From a virus (taxonomy: Duplodnaviria > Caudoviricetes): 40,391 nt of DNA. The stretch is taken from the IMG/VR virus record IMGVR_UViG_3300030100_001240, positions 1 to 40,391 of that record. One strand, given 5' to 3'. How positions within the stretch are numbered: position 1 is the first letter of the stretch; every line of letters starts with the position of its first letter. The notes beneath the pieces were generated by a model. The model was not told the DNA's origin and ran no database searches. It was given only the letters and a program-made list of their open reading frames with translations. Positions 24,569 to 35,103 of the stretch are shown piece after piece. The position numbers and the translations under genes were made by a program.

Positions 24569-25288
24569 ATGGCAAAGGTTGTTCTGACTGACGCGCTTCT
24601 CGCCTTTGACGGCGTGAAATTTTCCGACACGGCTAACGAAGTCGCGGTCGATTACGCAGCCGAATCTCTGGACGGCACGGTATTCGGTAACGACACCCGC
24701 GTGCGTTGCGGCGGCTTGTTCACTGCGGCCATGAGCGCCTCCGGCTTCTTTCAGGCGGAAGATCCGGACAAGGCCTTCTTTCAATCCATGGGCGCCGCCG
24801 GCAAGGTGATGACCGCGGCTGCCACGGCCACCGAGGGCGACATTGCCTACACGCTGGCGGCCATCATGGGCTCTTACCAGCCTATCGATAACGAGGTGGG
24901 CGAGCTCGCCGGCTTTTCAATGAGCGTTGGTGCCACCGACAAGTTGATTCGTGGCACGCTCATGGCGAACAAAGAGACGATCACCAGCACCAGCAGCGGT
25001 ACCGCCCGGCAACTCGGCGCTGTTACCTCCGCACAAAAGCTCTACGCGGCGCTGCATGTTTTCAGTGCGGGCGGCACCAGTCCCACGCTGGATATTGAAA
25101 TAGAGAGCGACGACGGCAGCGGCATGGCCTCGCCCGTGTCGCGCATCAGCTTCGATCAGGCCACGGCTGTGGGTAGCCAGTTCAAATCACTCGCGGGCGC
25201 AATCACCGATGACTGGTGGCGCGTCAAGTGGACCGTGGGCGGCACCAGTCCGGACTTCGACTTTCTGGTTGTGGTCGGCATTCTTTAA
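24569..25288 (+). CDS. Tail tube-like protein with extra C-terminal domain
   Basis: N-terminus is paralogous to 25345..25758. Confidence 0.65.
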   Translation: MAKVVLTDALLAFDGVKFSDTANEVAVDYAAESLDGTVFGNDTRVRCGGLFTAAMSASGFFQAEDPDKAFFQSMGAAGKVMTAAATATEGDIAYTLAAIMGSYQPIDNEVGELAGFSMSVGATDKLIRGTLMANKETITSTSSGTARQLGAVTSAQKLYAALHVFSAGGTSPTLDIEIESDDGSGMASPVSRISFDQATAVGSQFKSLAGAITDDWWRVKWTVGGTSPDFDFLVVVGIL

Positions 25289-25344
25289 TCTTTTTCAATC
25301 AGCTGGCTAGCTCCAGCATCAATGCCTTTTAGGAGGGCAACACT

Positions 25345-25758
25345 ATGGCTAAGGAAGTCTTGACAGATGCCTTTGTGGAATTTGACGGCAATGATCTTTC
25401 GGACCATGTCCGCTCGGTCACCGTTAACTACGAAGCGGAAGGTGTCGACGACACCTGCATGGGGCTCGACACTCGCACGCAACAAGGCGGGCTGAAAAGC
25501 TGGTCGATTGAAGTTGAGGCGGCCAACGATTGGGCGGCCAGCCAGATCGACAGCATTATGTTCCCGCTCGTCGGCACTACTGCCACGATAAAAGTGCGCA
25601 AGTCAGCAACCGATTCGGTGGGTGCAACCAACCCCAGCTACCAGGGCACAGGCCTGCTGCGCACCTACAACCCCATTGGGGGTGTGAGTGTGGGCGGGCT
25701 GGCAACTGCGCCGTTCACCATTGAATCGGCCGGTACGCTCAGCCGCGCCACGTCGTAA
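25345..25758 (+). CDS. Major tail tube protein
   Basis: Strong AGGAGG RBS; immediately before the tail chaperone; ATNPSYQG motif. Confidence 0.75.
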   Translation: MAKEVLTDAFVEFDGNDLSDHVRSVTVNYEAEGVDDTCMGLDTRTQQGGLKSWSIEVEAANDWAASQIDSIMFPLVGTTATIKVRKSATDSVGATNPSYQGTGLLRTYNPIGGVSVGGLATAPFTIESAGTLSRATS

Positions 25759-25767
25759 GAGGTTGTT

Positions 25768-26127
25768 ATGTCAGACAGCAAAAAAGAGGTTGCCAAAGTT
25801 CTCTCTCGCTCAGAAATCCTTGAAGCCCAGGATATGTCCAACCGGCTGATTGAGGTACCCGAGTGGGGAGGCAGTGTGTATGTCGGCATGATGCGCGGCC
25901 ACGAGCGCGATGCGTTTGAGCTGGCGATGGCAGGCGGCGCAAAGAATATTCGCGCCAAGCTGGTTGCCGATGTTTGTCAGGATAGCGAAGGTAAACGCCT
26001 GTTCACCGATGCGGATGTTGAATTGCTTGGTGAGAAGTCAGCCAAGGCCCTGCAGCGTGTCTACAATGTTGCCGTTCGCATGAACGGCTTTACCGATCGC
26101 GATATCGACACACTCGAAAAAAACTAG
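25768..26127 (+). CDS. Tail assembly chaperone (gpG-like)
   Basis: IEVPEWGGSVYV...GKRLFT; ends in slippery A AAA AAC. Confidence 0.85.
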   Translation: MSDSKKEVAKVLSRSEILEAQDMSNRLIEVPEWGGSVYVGMMRGHERDAFELAMAGGAKNIRAKLVADVCQDSEGKRLFTDADVELLGEKSAKALQRVYNVAVRMNGFTDRDIDTLEKN

Positions 26128-26354
26128 AAAGCCGTCCTTCCCGTTACTTTTACTTCCTGCTCGCCGAGCACCTCCACATGACAGTGGAGGAACTACTTCA
26201 AAAAACAAGTTCTCGTGAGCTTGCCGAATGGCAGGCCTACCTGCGCTTGAAGCGGCGGCGGGAAGTCGAGGAGCGGCGGCGCGAAAAATTGAAACACGGG
26301 GCTGAAAGCGGAGCTGAACGCATGCGAGCAAAACTGTCTGGGAATCGCAGATAA
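26118..26354 (+). CDS. gpGT-like -1 frameshift extension of the chaperone
   Basis: -1 frame reads LESRPSRYFYFLLAEHLHMTVEELL...SSRELAEWQAY to TAA at 26352-26354. Confidence 0.8.
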   Translation, partial: KKLESRPSRYFYFLLAEHLHMTVEELLQKTSSRELAEWQAYLRLKRRREVEERRREKLKHGAESGAERMRAKLSGNRR

Positions 26355-29300
26355 TGGCCGTAGTAGGTGACCTGCTAGCGGTATTGCGTCTGGATAGCGC
26401 TGGGTTTCAGCGCGGCATTAACCAGTCCATGACCCAGATGCAGCGCATGCGCAAGGAGTCCAAAACGCTGGCGAGCCAGATATTCTCCCTGCGCGGTGCG
26501 ATGCTTGCCACGGGTGGCGTTGCCATGTTCGTTCAAGCCAGCAAGGCGGGGCTGGATTTCGAGCGCCAGCTTAAGCAGATTATTGGCCTTGTGGGCGTGG
26601 CTGAAGAGTCTGTTGCCGGCATGCGCAAAGAGGTGCTGGAGCTTTCCAAGTCAACCGGTAAGGGGCCGCAAGAGCTTGGGCAGGCCTTGTTCTTTATCAC
26701 CTCGGCAGGCCTGCGGGGGCAGGCCGCGCTGGATGCGTTGGAGTCATCAGCCAGGGCTTCAGCCTCCGGCCTGGGTGAAACCAAAACCGTGGCCGATGCA
26801 GTTACCTCTGCGATGAACGCCTACGGCCCGGCTGTGCTCAATGCAGAATCTGCAACAGATGTGCTGGTTGCCACCGTGCGCGAAGGCAAGGCTGAGGCCG
26901 CCAGCTTGGCCGGTCAGTTCGGGCGGCTGCTGCCTGCGGCCAATGAGCTGCACATCAGCTTTGATCAGGTGGGTGCTGGCCTGGCCTTCCTCACGCGCTC
27001 CACCGGCGATGCCTCGCAAGCCTCTACCCAGCTCGGCGGCATTATGAACAAGCTGCTCAAGCCTACCGAGACTGGCCGAAAAGTGCTGGCCGACTACGGT
27101 ATGAGTGTTGACGGCCTGCGCGAAAGCATTCGCCAGAAAGGCCTGCTGGCGGCGCTGGTAGAATTGCGCGAAGGCCTCGGCGGCAATACCGATGCGCTGG
27201 GCAAAATCTTTGAAGATGCGCAGGCTCTCAATGGTGTGTTGCAGTTAACCGGCGAGCAGGCTGGAACTGCGGCCAAGGTCTTCGATAGCCTGGCGCAAAG
27301 TGCGGGCGCTACGGAGAAAACCTTTAAGCTCACCGAAGACGGTTTGCGCAAAGTGCAACGTGCGCAGGCCGAGCTTGATGTTGCCATGGTACGTTTTTCG
27401 GATTCTACGTTACCGCATGTTGTAAGCGGCATGGCGCTCGTGATTACGAAAGCAAGTGAGGTCAGCCAAGATATTCAGATCGCCGCTGAAAACGTAGCCG
27501 CCTTTTTACACGGTCCGGGCGGCGGCAATGAGGACCTCGTACCGCGCCGAATTGAACAAATCAAAAATCGCATACAAGAGCTGCAGGAAGAGATCGATGG
27601 TGCCGGCTTTGCATCTGATTTCTGGTCGGCATTAACCAACCCTATGACAATGGTCGAGGGGCTTGGTGGCGCAGTCTCAAATGTCGAGTCGAAAAGAAAG
27701 GAAATTGCGGATCTTCGCGCTGAGATTGTGAAGTTGCAGGATACCGGCCCTGTCAAGGTTGGTCCGATAGAACTCGGCGGCCATCTAGCCGATGAATTCG
27801 ATCAGTTGATTAAAGACATCAATGCCGTTAACGAATCGGCAGGTGATACGTCGGGCATTGTTAAGCAGAAAGGCGCGCTGTCTGAGCTGCAAAAAGAAAT
27901 TCAGTCAAGCCGCTCCGATTTCGTTTCCCTGCAAAAAGCGATTGAAACCGAACAGCGCGCCATGCAGGCGGAGATTAGCACCGGTCGCGATGCGGCCAAT
28001 GCCATTCGGCTGCGCGCCCGGTTTATGGATCAGCTCAATGCTGTGCTGGCCGACAACAATGATCTGACCGATAAAGAAATTGCAAACCTCAAAAAATCCT
28101 TTGAAGCAAACCAGAAGCTGCGTGAAGAGGTAGCCAAGCAAGCGGAGATGAGAGCAGCTGCGCAGAAGGCCGCTGAGGCAATGCAGCAACCGTTTGAAAA
28201 TGCCTTTGAAAATATTCAGCGCGCCTGGGGCGATACGCTCACCGATATGTTCCGCAATGGCGTTGACGGCTTCAAAGACTTTGGCGACAGCGTAAAAGAC
28301 ATTTTCGCTCGCCTGGCCGGTGAGCTGGTGGCCATGTGGAGCGCCCGTGTAATCCGGCAAATTGCCACCGGCACCAGCGCCGCAGCCTTTGCGGGCTCTG
28401 CGTCTGCTGGCGGCAGCGCGGCTGTTGGTAGCGCGCCGGGTCTGCTGCAGCAGGCTGGGCAATTGCTTGGCCTGCCAAACCTGGGCGGCGGTGCATTGGG
28501 CGCGGGCGCTATGGGTGCAGGCGTTGGCGGTCTGCTTGCGGGCCTTTCCGGCACCAGCACCAGTGCGGGGCAGGTTGGCGCCGGGTTGGGCTCACTCATT
28601 GGGTATTCCGGCAGCACTATGTTTGCAGGCCTTGGTGGCCTCGCTGGAGGCGTTGCAGGCTTTGCGGGTGCAGCTGGCGGTGAGTGGCTGGCTGACGCCT
28701 TCGGCCTGCAAAATCCTGAGCAGGCCGGCATGCTGGGTGGCATAGGGGCTGCCGTTGGCATGGGGTTGGGCGGGCCGCTTGGCGCCCTTGCCGGTGGTGC
28801 CTTGGGCTCGCTGGTAGGGGGCTCGTTTGGCGGCGGTTACGATGACCCCGACTTTATGTTTGGCACGCAAGAAACAGCCGCCGGTTTGCTCGCTGCTCAA
28901 CAAACACCCTTTGGCACCGTAGGCCTGGTTGCGGCCGCCACTGAAAATCTGTCGCCAGAAACGATGCAGCGATTCAGTGACTTCGTCGCGCAGCTCGACA
29001 GGCAGATTGCGACCAATCTCACTCAGGCAGAGATTGAGGCAGCGAAAGAGGCTGCTCAAAATGCTCGGCTTCCACGAGTCAGTGTAGGCGCCACGCTCAC
29101 ACCTGACGAGTTGGTATTTGCCATTCGTGATCGCTACCAGGCCATTATGGAGTCGCTGGGTGTGAGTCGCGGTGGCATTACCTCTGCCGACCCGGGCGAG
29201 TTTGCCCAGCAGATAATGCGCAACTTTCAGAGCTTTACCCAACCGCGCATTGGGGTGCAGCAGCAGCTGGCGCAGTTAATGCCTGCTATCGAGCAAGAGG

Positions 29301-29782
29301 CCAATATGCTGATGCGGCTGCGTGAGGGTGTTGGCGATGCTTCTGCGCGCATATCCGACTTTCTCACCGGTCTCGTTACTGGCCCCAGCTCCGTGTTGGC
29401 GCCGCGTGAGGCGCTGGCCAATACCCGCGCCCGGTTTGAAGAACTGGCAGCGCAAGCGCGTGCAGGCGACATGCAGGCTTTGCAGCAGGTCTCCGGTGCT
29501 GGTCAGCAGCTGCTGGATATTTCGCGCAACCTGTTCGCCTCAAGCCCTGAATTTTTTCAGCGTTTTGATTTTGTGCAGTCAACCCTGCAAGACCTGCAAA
29601 CCAACGCGCAGGCGCAGCAAGATCGCGCCGGCACCTTGCTTTCTGAGATTGGCATACAAATACAGTCTGGCAATCAGGAGCAAGGGCGGCTGCTCACAAC
29701 AGCCACGGATCGGTTAACGGATCTGGTTGATCAAATGCGTGAACTCAACGACAGCCTGCAACGAGAGCTCGGCCTGACATGA
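26354..29782 (+). CDS. Tail tape measure protein (TP901-like)
   Basis: 1142 aa, Ala/Gly-rich, follows the chaperones. Confidence 0.9.
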   Translation: MAVVGDLLAVLRLDSAGFQRGINQSMTQMQRMRKESKTLASQIFSLRGAMLATGGVAMFVQASKAGLDFERQLKQIIGLVGVAEESVAGMRKEVLELSKSTGKGPQELGQALFFITSAGLRGQAALDALESSARASASGLGETKTVADAVTSAMNAYGPAVLNAESATDVLVATVREGKAEAASLAGQFGRLLPAANELHISFDQVGAGLAFLTRSTGDASQASTQLGGIMNKLLKPTETGRKVLADYGMSVDGLRESIRQKGLLAALVELREGLGGNTDALGKIFEDAQALNGVLQLTGEQAGTAAKVFDSLAQSAGATEKTFKLTEDGLRKVQRAQAELDVAMVRFSDSTLPHVVSGMALVITKASEVSQDIQIAAENVAAFLHGPGGGNEDLVPRRIEQIKNRIQELQEEIDGAGFASDFWSALTNPMTMVEGLGGAVSNVESKRKEIADLRAEIVKLQDTGPVKVGPIELGGHLADEFDQLIKDINAVNESAGDTSGIVKQKGALSELQKEIQSSRSDFVSLQKAIETEQRAMQAEISTGRDAANAIRLRARFMDQLNAVLADNNDLTDKEIANLKKSFEANQKLREEVAKQAEMRAAAQKAAEAMQQPFENAFENIQRAWGDTLTDMFRNGVDGFKDFGDSVKDIFARLAGELVAMWSARVIRQIATGTSAAAFAGSASAGGSAAVGSAPGLLQQAGQLLGLPNLGGGALGAGAMGAGVGGLLAGLSGTSTSAGQVGAGLGSLIGYSGSTMFAGLGGLAGGVAGFAGAAGGEWLADAFGLQNPEQAGMLGGIGAAVGMGLGGPLGALAGGALGSLVGGSFGGGYDDPDFMFGTQETAAGLLAAQQTPFGTVGLVAAATENLSPETMQRFSDFVAQLDRQIATNLTQAEIEAAKEAAQNARLPRVSVGATLTPDELVFAIRDRYQAIMESLGVSRGGITSADPGEFAQQIMRNFQSFTQPRIGVQQQLAQLMPAIEQEANMLMRLREGVGDASARISDFLTGLVTGPSSVLAPREALANTRARFEELAAQARAGDMQALQQVSGAGQQLLDISRNLFASSPEFFQRFDFVQSTLQDLQTNAQAQQDRAGTLLSEIGIQIQSGNQEQGRLLTTATDRLTDLVDQMRELNDSLQRELGLT

Positions 29783-31389
29783 TTCCCGGCAATGACATTC
29801 TGGGCGATGTTGCCATTGGCGATACCGCCGCCGATGAGCTTATCGTCGCCGATAAAATCAGTCAGTTGTTGGCTGACTCTGGCGCCAACAGGGTGTACCT
29901 GCTGGAGGCAACGCCGTATGACCCTGGCGCAGAGGCGGAGACCACCGTGCGGCTGTCAGGCCCTATACCGTTTCGCACCAAGCCAACGGATACGCCAGCC
30001 AACGCAAGCTACCAGCCGCGGTTGCGTAACCCGTACAACTATTCGGTGAACTTGTGGCAAAACAACCGGGTGCTGGGTGAGCGCAAGCCCAGCTTTGGAG
30101 CCGTTGTTATCGACAACCCCGACGGCGGGCTGGATAACCTGCTGGATTATTACTGGGATGGTCGCCAGGTAAACATCAAGGTGGGCACACCAGACTTCAC
30201 GTTTGCTGAATTCGAGGTGCTGTTTTCTGGCACGGTCTCTGACATTGAGTGGAGCGATACAGAGCTCAAGCTGAACATTCGCGACCCAGGTGTCAAGCTG
30301 GATAAACCCATCCAGACCACGTTGTACGCTGGTACCGGTAGTGATGAAGGTGGCAGCGAGCTCAAGGGCAAGCCCAAGCCGCTGTGCTACGGCATTGCCC
30401 GGGAAGTGAAAGCAGTGCTGGTTGACAACGTTGACCTGATATATCAGGTCCACGATGGCAGCGTTGATGAGATCACCGCCGTCTATGACAAGGGCGCTAC
30501 GCTCACCGATGAAGGCGACGTGGCCGATCTGCGCGCGGCGCCGGCGCCCAGCGCTGGCGCGTTTAAAACCGATGAAGCCGCAGGCCTGTTCCGGTTGGGT
30601 GCGTCGCCCGATGGGCAGGTAACAGCCGATGTGCGCGGCGACAACAGTGGCGGGTTTGTGTCTGCAGCCGCAGATATAGCCAAAAGAATTTTGACCACCA
30701 AGGGCGCACTGGTGACGGCAGATCTGGATGAGGCCTCATTCAACCGCGTAACGGCCTCAAGCCCGGCGGCTGTCGGTATAGCTATACCCGATGAGCAACG
30801 CCAAATACCTGAAGTGCTCACCGAGTTGATGGCTAACATTGGCGGATTCTGGACTCACCGTCGTAATGGAAAATTGCGTGTAGGTGTTTTGCAGGCGCCT
30901 GGTAGTGCCAGCCTGAAGCTGGGGCAGGCCGATGTGTTCGGTGTGGTATCACGCCGCCATGCGGGCAGGCCGGCAGAAACTGTGCGGCTGGGGTATGACC
31001 GAACCTGGACGGTGCAGCAAGAGGGCGCGCTTGCCGCCTCGCTCTCTGCCGACGAGAAAGCACTGCGCTCCAACCCGCACCGATTTGTTGAAAGCAGTGA
31101 TGCCACCATAGCCAATAAGCATTTGCTGGCAGATGTGGTGGAGCGGCTTACTGCGATCGACAGTGACACCGACGCGCAAGCAGAGGCAGACAGGCTGCTG
31201 GAGCTGCTGAAAACGCGGCGGCACATTTACAAAGTGGGCATCGGCTGGCGCCTGTTCGCTCTTGATCTGGTCGACACCGTTACGCTCGACTTGCCGCGCT
31301 TTGGGCTTGATGGCGGGGTTGATTATCGAATCATCGGCATAACCGAGAACGCCGCCGCAAACTCGGCAGAATTGATTTTGTGGGGATAG
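29779..31389 (+). CDS. Tail tip/baseplate hub protein
   Basis: After TMP; LKGKPKPLCYG...VYDKG. Confidence 0.65.
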   Translation: MIPGNDILGDVAIGDTAADELIVADKISQLLADSGANRVYLLEATPYDPGAEAETTVRLSGPIPFRTKPTDTPANASYQPRLRNPYNYSVNLWQNNRVLGERKPSFGAVVIDNPDGGLDNLLDYYWDGRQVNIKVGTPDFTFAEFEVLFSGTVSDIEWSDTELKLNIRDPGVKLDKPIQTTLYAGTGSDEGGSELKGKPKPLCYGIAREVKAVLVDNVDLIYQVHDGSVDEITAVYDKGATLTDEGDVADLRAAPAPSAGAFKTDEAAGLFRLGASPDGQVTADVRGDNSGGFVSAAADIAKRILTTKGALVTADLDEASFNRVTASSPAAVGIAIPDEQRQIPEVLTELMANIGGFWTHRRNGKLRVGVLQAPGSASLKLGQADVFGVVSRRHAGRPAETVRLGYDRTWTVQQEGALAASLSADEKALRSNPHRFVESSDATIANKHLLADVVERLTAIDSDTDAQAEADRLLELLKTRRHIYKVGIGWRLFALDLVDTVTLDLPRFGLDGGVDYRIIGITENAAANSAELILWG

Positions 31390-31392
31390 TAA

Positions 31393-33051
31393 ATGGCATT
31401 CCGATTGCTCAAAGACGCCTGGGTAGAAATCGACGGCGTTGATATCAGTAGCCAGGTGCGCCGCATCGGCATCCTGTACGAAGAGCCTTTTGTCGACGTA
31501 ACCACCATGGGAGGCGACACCCGCGTTAATCGCGGCTCGCTCAAGAGCTGGCAGTTTCGGCTGGAAGTCGCCAGTGATTTTACCGACGGTGGTGTAGACG
31601 AAACGATCTTTGGCAAAGTTGGTACCGAGGTTCGAATACGCGCCGCCAGCGCGCAATCCGGTGCTCTCGCGGCCAATCCAATTTATGACGGCAAAGGTCT
31701 GCTGCAAAGTTTCACGCCCTTTGGTCAGCAGGTGGGCGAATTCGCCGTTCAGCAATTTCGCATCACACCGCGTGCTGCGCTGTTCCGCTATGCGGAGTCG
31801 TTGCTGCTCAGTTTTGCCACAGACGAATATGAGAGGAAAGGCGTTGTGTCTGGATTTTCTGACCTGATTACGTTCACCCGGGCAAGCACAGCTACCTACT
31901 GGGATGAGAACGGGGTGTTGCAAACCGCGGCTGTCAATGAGGCTCGCTTTGATCATGACCCTGCCGATAACTCCGCGCTGGGGATGTTGGCGGGGGAGCA
32001 GCGTACTAATTTAAAGTTGCATTGTCGTGATTTGACTGCGGCCAGTTGGTCGGGTAGTGCAACGGCGGCACGTGATACTGTGGGCATAGATGGGGAGGCA
32101 AATTCTGCAACAACGTTGACCGATGACGATGGGGCTGTGTCAGAGTTTAGAGTTCAGACTGTCACTATTCCCAATGATTCAAATAGTCATGTTGTTTCAG
32201 CTTTTGTGCTAAAAGACGCCGACGAAACCCGGTTCTCACTTTTTCGTTACCGGCTCCTGCTGGGTTCGACTGAGCTCGATTACAGGGCGTTGTTAAATAC
32301 TAAAACGGGCGCATTCCTTGCTGGTATAGATGCTTCTGCATCTGACGTCACGGTCAAAGATTGCGGCAATTGGTGGCGTCTGTCAGTGGTCGTTACCAAT
32401 AACAGCTCAGGTAACACGACGATCCGCGCAGAAATTTACCCGGCTGCGCGGTCGGACATGGCGGCTACCACCTTCGATGTAACGGCTACGGGTGCGATTG
32501 TTTATGATTTTGGTCAGATAGAGCTTGACTCCGTTGTTCCGACTAGTCCAATAGAAACTGGCGCTAGCACGGTTACGCGATCAGCAGATGCCGTGTCCTC
32601 CGCGATAGGTGATGACTTCAACAGCGCGGCATTCTCGCTTGTTATTGAAGGTGTGGCGCCGCCCGCCTTTGAAGATTTCCAGCCGCTTTTTGAGTATAGC
32701 GACGGCAGTTCGAGTGATTACGTGAGGGGCGCATTTTTTGCCGACGGAACCCTTCGGATTGCAATCGTTTCGGGGTCAGTAACTGTTGCGTCAGCGGTCA
32801 GTTCTGCGATGAGTGGCGATGCCAATTACAAAGTTGCAGTGCGATGTGAAAAAGACAATTTCGGGATATGCTTTAACGGTGGAGCCGTAACCACAGATTC
32901 TGCCGGAGACGTGCCGGTCGGATTGACAACGCGGCGATTTGGGGCAGCTCCCCAGACTTTGACTGGGTCGTTAAATTCTACGATCAGCATAGTGCGCGAG
33001 GAGCCTCGCGGACTCACCGACGCTGAACTGCAGCTGGAGTCTACGCTATGA
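31393..33051 (+). CDS. Tail tube-like domain fused to lectin/LamG-like spike domain
   Basis: N-terminal ~130 aa resembles the tail tube; TFTRASTATY..NG.LQTAAVNEARFD motif; ends LTDAELQ. Confidence 0.65.
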   Translation: MAFRLLKDAWVEIDGVDISSQVRRIGILYEEPFVDVTTMGGDTRVNRGSLKSWQFRLEVASDFTDGGVDETIFGKVGTEVRIRAASAQSGALAANPIYDGKGLLQSFTPFGQQVGEFAVQQFRITPRAALFRYAESLLLSFATDEYERKGVVSGFSDLITFTRASTATYWDENGVLQTAAVNEARFDHDPADNSALGMLAGEQRTNLKLHCRDLTAASWSGSATAARDTVGIDGEANSATTLTDDDGAVSEFRVQTVTIPNDSNSHVVSAFVLKDADETRFSLFRYRLLLGSTELDYRALLNTKTGAFLAGIDASASDVTVKDCGNWWRLSVVVTNNSSGNTTIRAEIYPAARSDMAATTFDVTATGAIVYDFGQIELDSVVPTSPIETGASTVTRSADAVSSAIGDDFNSAAFSLVIEGVAPPAFEDFQPLFEYSDGSSSDYVRGAFFADGTLRIAIVSGSVTVASAVSSAMSGDANYKVAVRCEKDNFGICFNGGAVTTDSAGDVPVGLTTRRFGAAPQTLTGSLNSTISIVREEPRGLTDAELQLESTL

Positions 33052-33368
33052 CCCTGTATTTAAAATCCGGCACCAAGTCTACCCTGGTGTCTGCGCTCGG
33101 CGCAGCTGGTTTGACGTTTGTAGGCGAAGACGACCAAGAGCACGTTGTTGCCACAGCCAGCCCGAACGGTATTCGTGTTGATGTTAAATGGCATGGCCAG
33201 ATCAAGCAGCTGGCGGGTTACGACGAAGAGTTCGAACCTATCTGGACTGAGCATACCGGCTGGCACGCCGATGTGAAAACCGACGACCAGGTTGTTATCG
33301 ATGCGCTGGCCTACGTCACGCTCGATCCGCCGCCGGCAACGCCTTATCACAAATTTGCAGGTGACTAA
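33048..33368 (+). CDS. Tail fibre-associated protein
   Basis: GWHADV...PATPYHKFAG; coupled to the spike gene. Confidence 0.55.
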   Translation: MTLYLKSGTKSTLVSALGAAGLTFVGEDDQEHVVATASPNGIRVDVKWHGQIKQLAGYDEEFEPIWTEHTGWHADVKTDDQVVIDALAYVTLDPPPATPYHKFAGD

Positions 33369-34213
33369 TGGCGTTCCTGATCGCATCACCGAAGATCGGC
33401 GACGACGCAACCATTCAGGCTGCCGGCAGCGAAACCTCGGACCAGCCCGCCACCAACCTGCAGACTATGCAGCCATCGGAAGTTTGGCGTGCCACAACGC
33501 TGGGCAGCGCCTACGTTGAGTATGAGTTGGCCACCTTGCGCACAATTGATCTGGTGGCACTGCTGTACCACAACGGCAGCCCGGACGCGATGGTGCGAGT
33601 GCGTGCCGCCAGCACTCAGGCAGATCTCGCCGCCAATCCGGGTTATGACTCGGGCCCGCTTATGGCTCGCTGCGAGAAAGACTCACGCACGCTGATCTGG
33701 ACAGATGAAGACGACAATCCCGCCGAGGGTGAGTACACCTACCAGCACTTTGTGCTCGACCTGGGCGGCGCCGGCAAACGCTACAGCTGGTGGCGCGCTG
33801 ACGTAATCGACGCGCAAAACCCTGATGGCTACATAGAGGTCGGCCGACTGTATCTGTCGGCTGCTGAGCGCCCGGGAAAAGCGCCGCGCTATGGCTGGGG
33901 CATGGGGTTGTCAGACGGTCAGCAGCGTACCCGCGCTTTCGGGCGGCAGCTATTTACCACAGAGAAATCCACCGGCAAAACCCTTGAGATGGCTTTCGGC
34001 TCTGGTAGCGAAACAGACATGTGGGATTCGCATTTTCGCCTGCAGCGATTGCGTGGCACATCAAAGGATGTGCTCGTGGTGCTCGACACCACCAAGACGG
34101 CCCGTATGCGCGATTGGACGGTGTGTGGCCTGCTAAGCGATCCCCAGCCGTTGGTCAACGAGACCATAGGCTTTTACCAAACCTCACTTACTGTAGAAGA
34201 GCTTATACCCTAA
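33368..34213 (+). CDS. Distal tail-like protein
   Basis: NPDGYIEVGRLY...YGWG pattern; tail module position. Confidence 0.55.
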   Translation: MAFLIASPKIGDDATIQAAGSETSDQPATNLQTMQPSEVWRATTLGSAYVEYELATLRTIDLVALLYHNGSPDAMVRVRAASTQADLAANPGYDSGPLMARCEKDSRTLIWTDEDDNPAEGEYTYQHFVLDLGGAGKRYSWWRADVIDAQNPDGYIEVGRLYLSAAERPGKAPRYGWGMGLSDGQQRTRAFGRQLFTTEKSTGKTLEMAFGSGSETDMWDSHFRLQRLRGTSKDVLVVLDTTKTARMRDWTVCGLLSDPQPLVNETIGFYQTSLTVEELIP

Positions 34214-35101
34214 ATGGCATTTCAACTCGCTGACATGGTTCGGGAGACTACCCAGACCGGCGGTACAGGTACGTATAGCCTGGGTGGCGCCATCGATCGC
34301 TATCAGACATTTGTCGACGGCGTGGGTGATGGTAACTCCACCTACTACAGCGTTATCAGCGACAGCGATTTCGAGATTGGCATAGGTACAGTTGCAGTTG
34401 GCAGCCCGGATACCCTCAGCCGGGATACTGTGCTGGCCAGCTCTAATGCTGATGCCGCGGTGAGCTGGCCTGCGTCAGGTACGCGTACAGTCATTACCTG
34501 TTACCCGACAGGGCGCAACGCCCTGTTTGACAACAATCAGGATCTGACGTTGTTGCGCGATCTGATTCTGGCCCGTCATATTTTGCTGGGCACCACCACA
34601 ACGCAAGTGCAGGGTCAGGCCAGTGTATCGAACATTATCGATTTTATTGCGGGAGCCGGCGGGAGCATAGATGTTCGGGTTGGTGGTACGCCGGTAGACA
34701 GGTTCCCGTCGGGAACTCGCATGCTGTTTCAGCAAACCACGCCACCTACAGGGTGGACTAAAGAAACGGGTGGAACCTACGACGACACAGCTCTTCGTAT
34801 CGTTACCGGGGCGGTTGGCAGTAGAACAGCTACTTCAGCATTTAGTACCGTGTTTGGGAAGACTGCTACAGATGGGCACACGCTCACCGTAGCGCAAATG
34901 CCTGTGCACAATCACACTCAGCGTGCCAATGAGGTGGTCGGTGTCACTCTCGGTACCGGTGCGTCCGCCCTTGATCCAGATCCGGACACTATGATTGTCA
35001 CCGCTGGCTCGACGGCCAATGCGGGTAGTGGCAACGCGCACTCACACAACATGGATATCCGAGTCAATTACCACGACGTAGTTATTGCTGCGAAGGATTA
35101 A
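34214..35101 (+). CDS. Tail fibre protein
   Basis: DMVRETTQTGGTGTYSL at the N-terminus; FPSGTRMLFQQTTPPTGW; HTLTVAQMPVHNH. Confidence 0.75.
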   Translation: MAFQLADMVRETTQTGGTGTYSLGGAIDRYQTFVDGVGDGNSTYYSVISDSDFEIGIGTVAVGSPDTLSRDTVLASSNADAAVSWPASGTRTVITCYPTGRNALFDNNQDLTLLRDLILARHILLGTTTTQVQGQASVSNIIDFIAGAGGSIDVRVGGTPVDRFPSGTRMLFQQTTPPTGWTKETGGTYDDTALRIVTGAVGSRTATSAFSTVFGKTATDGHTLTVAQMPVHNHTQRANEVVGVTLGTGASALDPDPDTMIVTAGSTANAGSGNAHSHNMDIRVNYHDVVIAAKD

Positions 35102-35103
35102 GC

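Noticed and set aside
31393-35101. Diversity-generating retroelement or invertible tail-fibre locus
   Set aside because: No reverse transcriptase, invertase, TR/VR pair or flanking inverted repeats seen.
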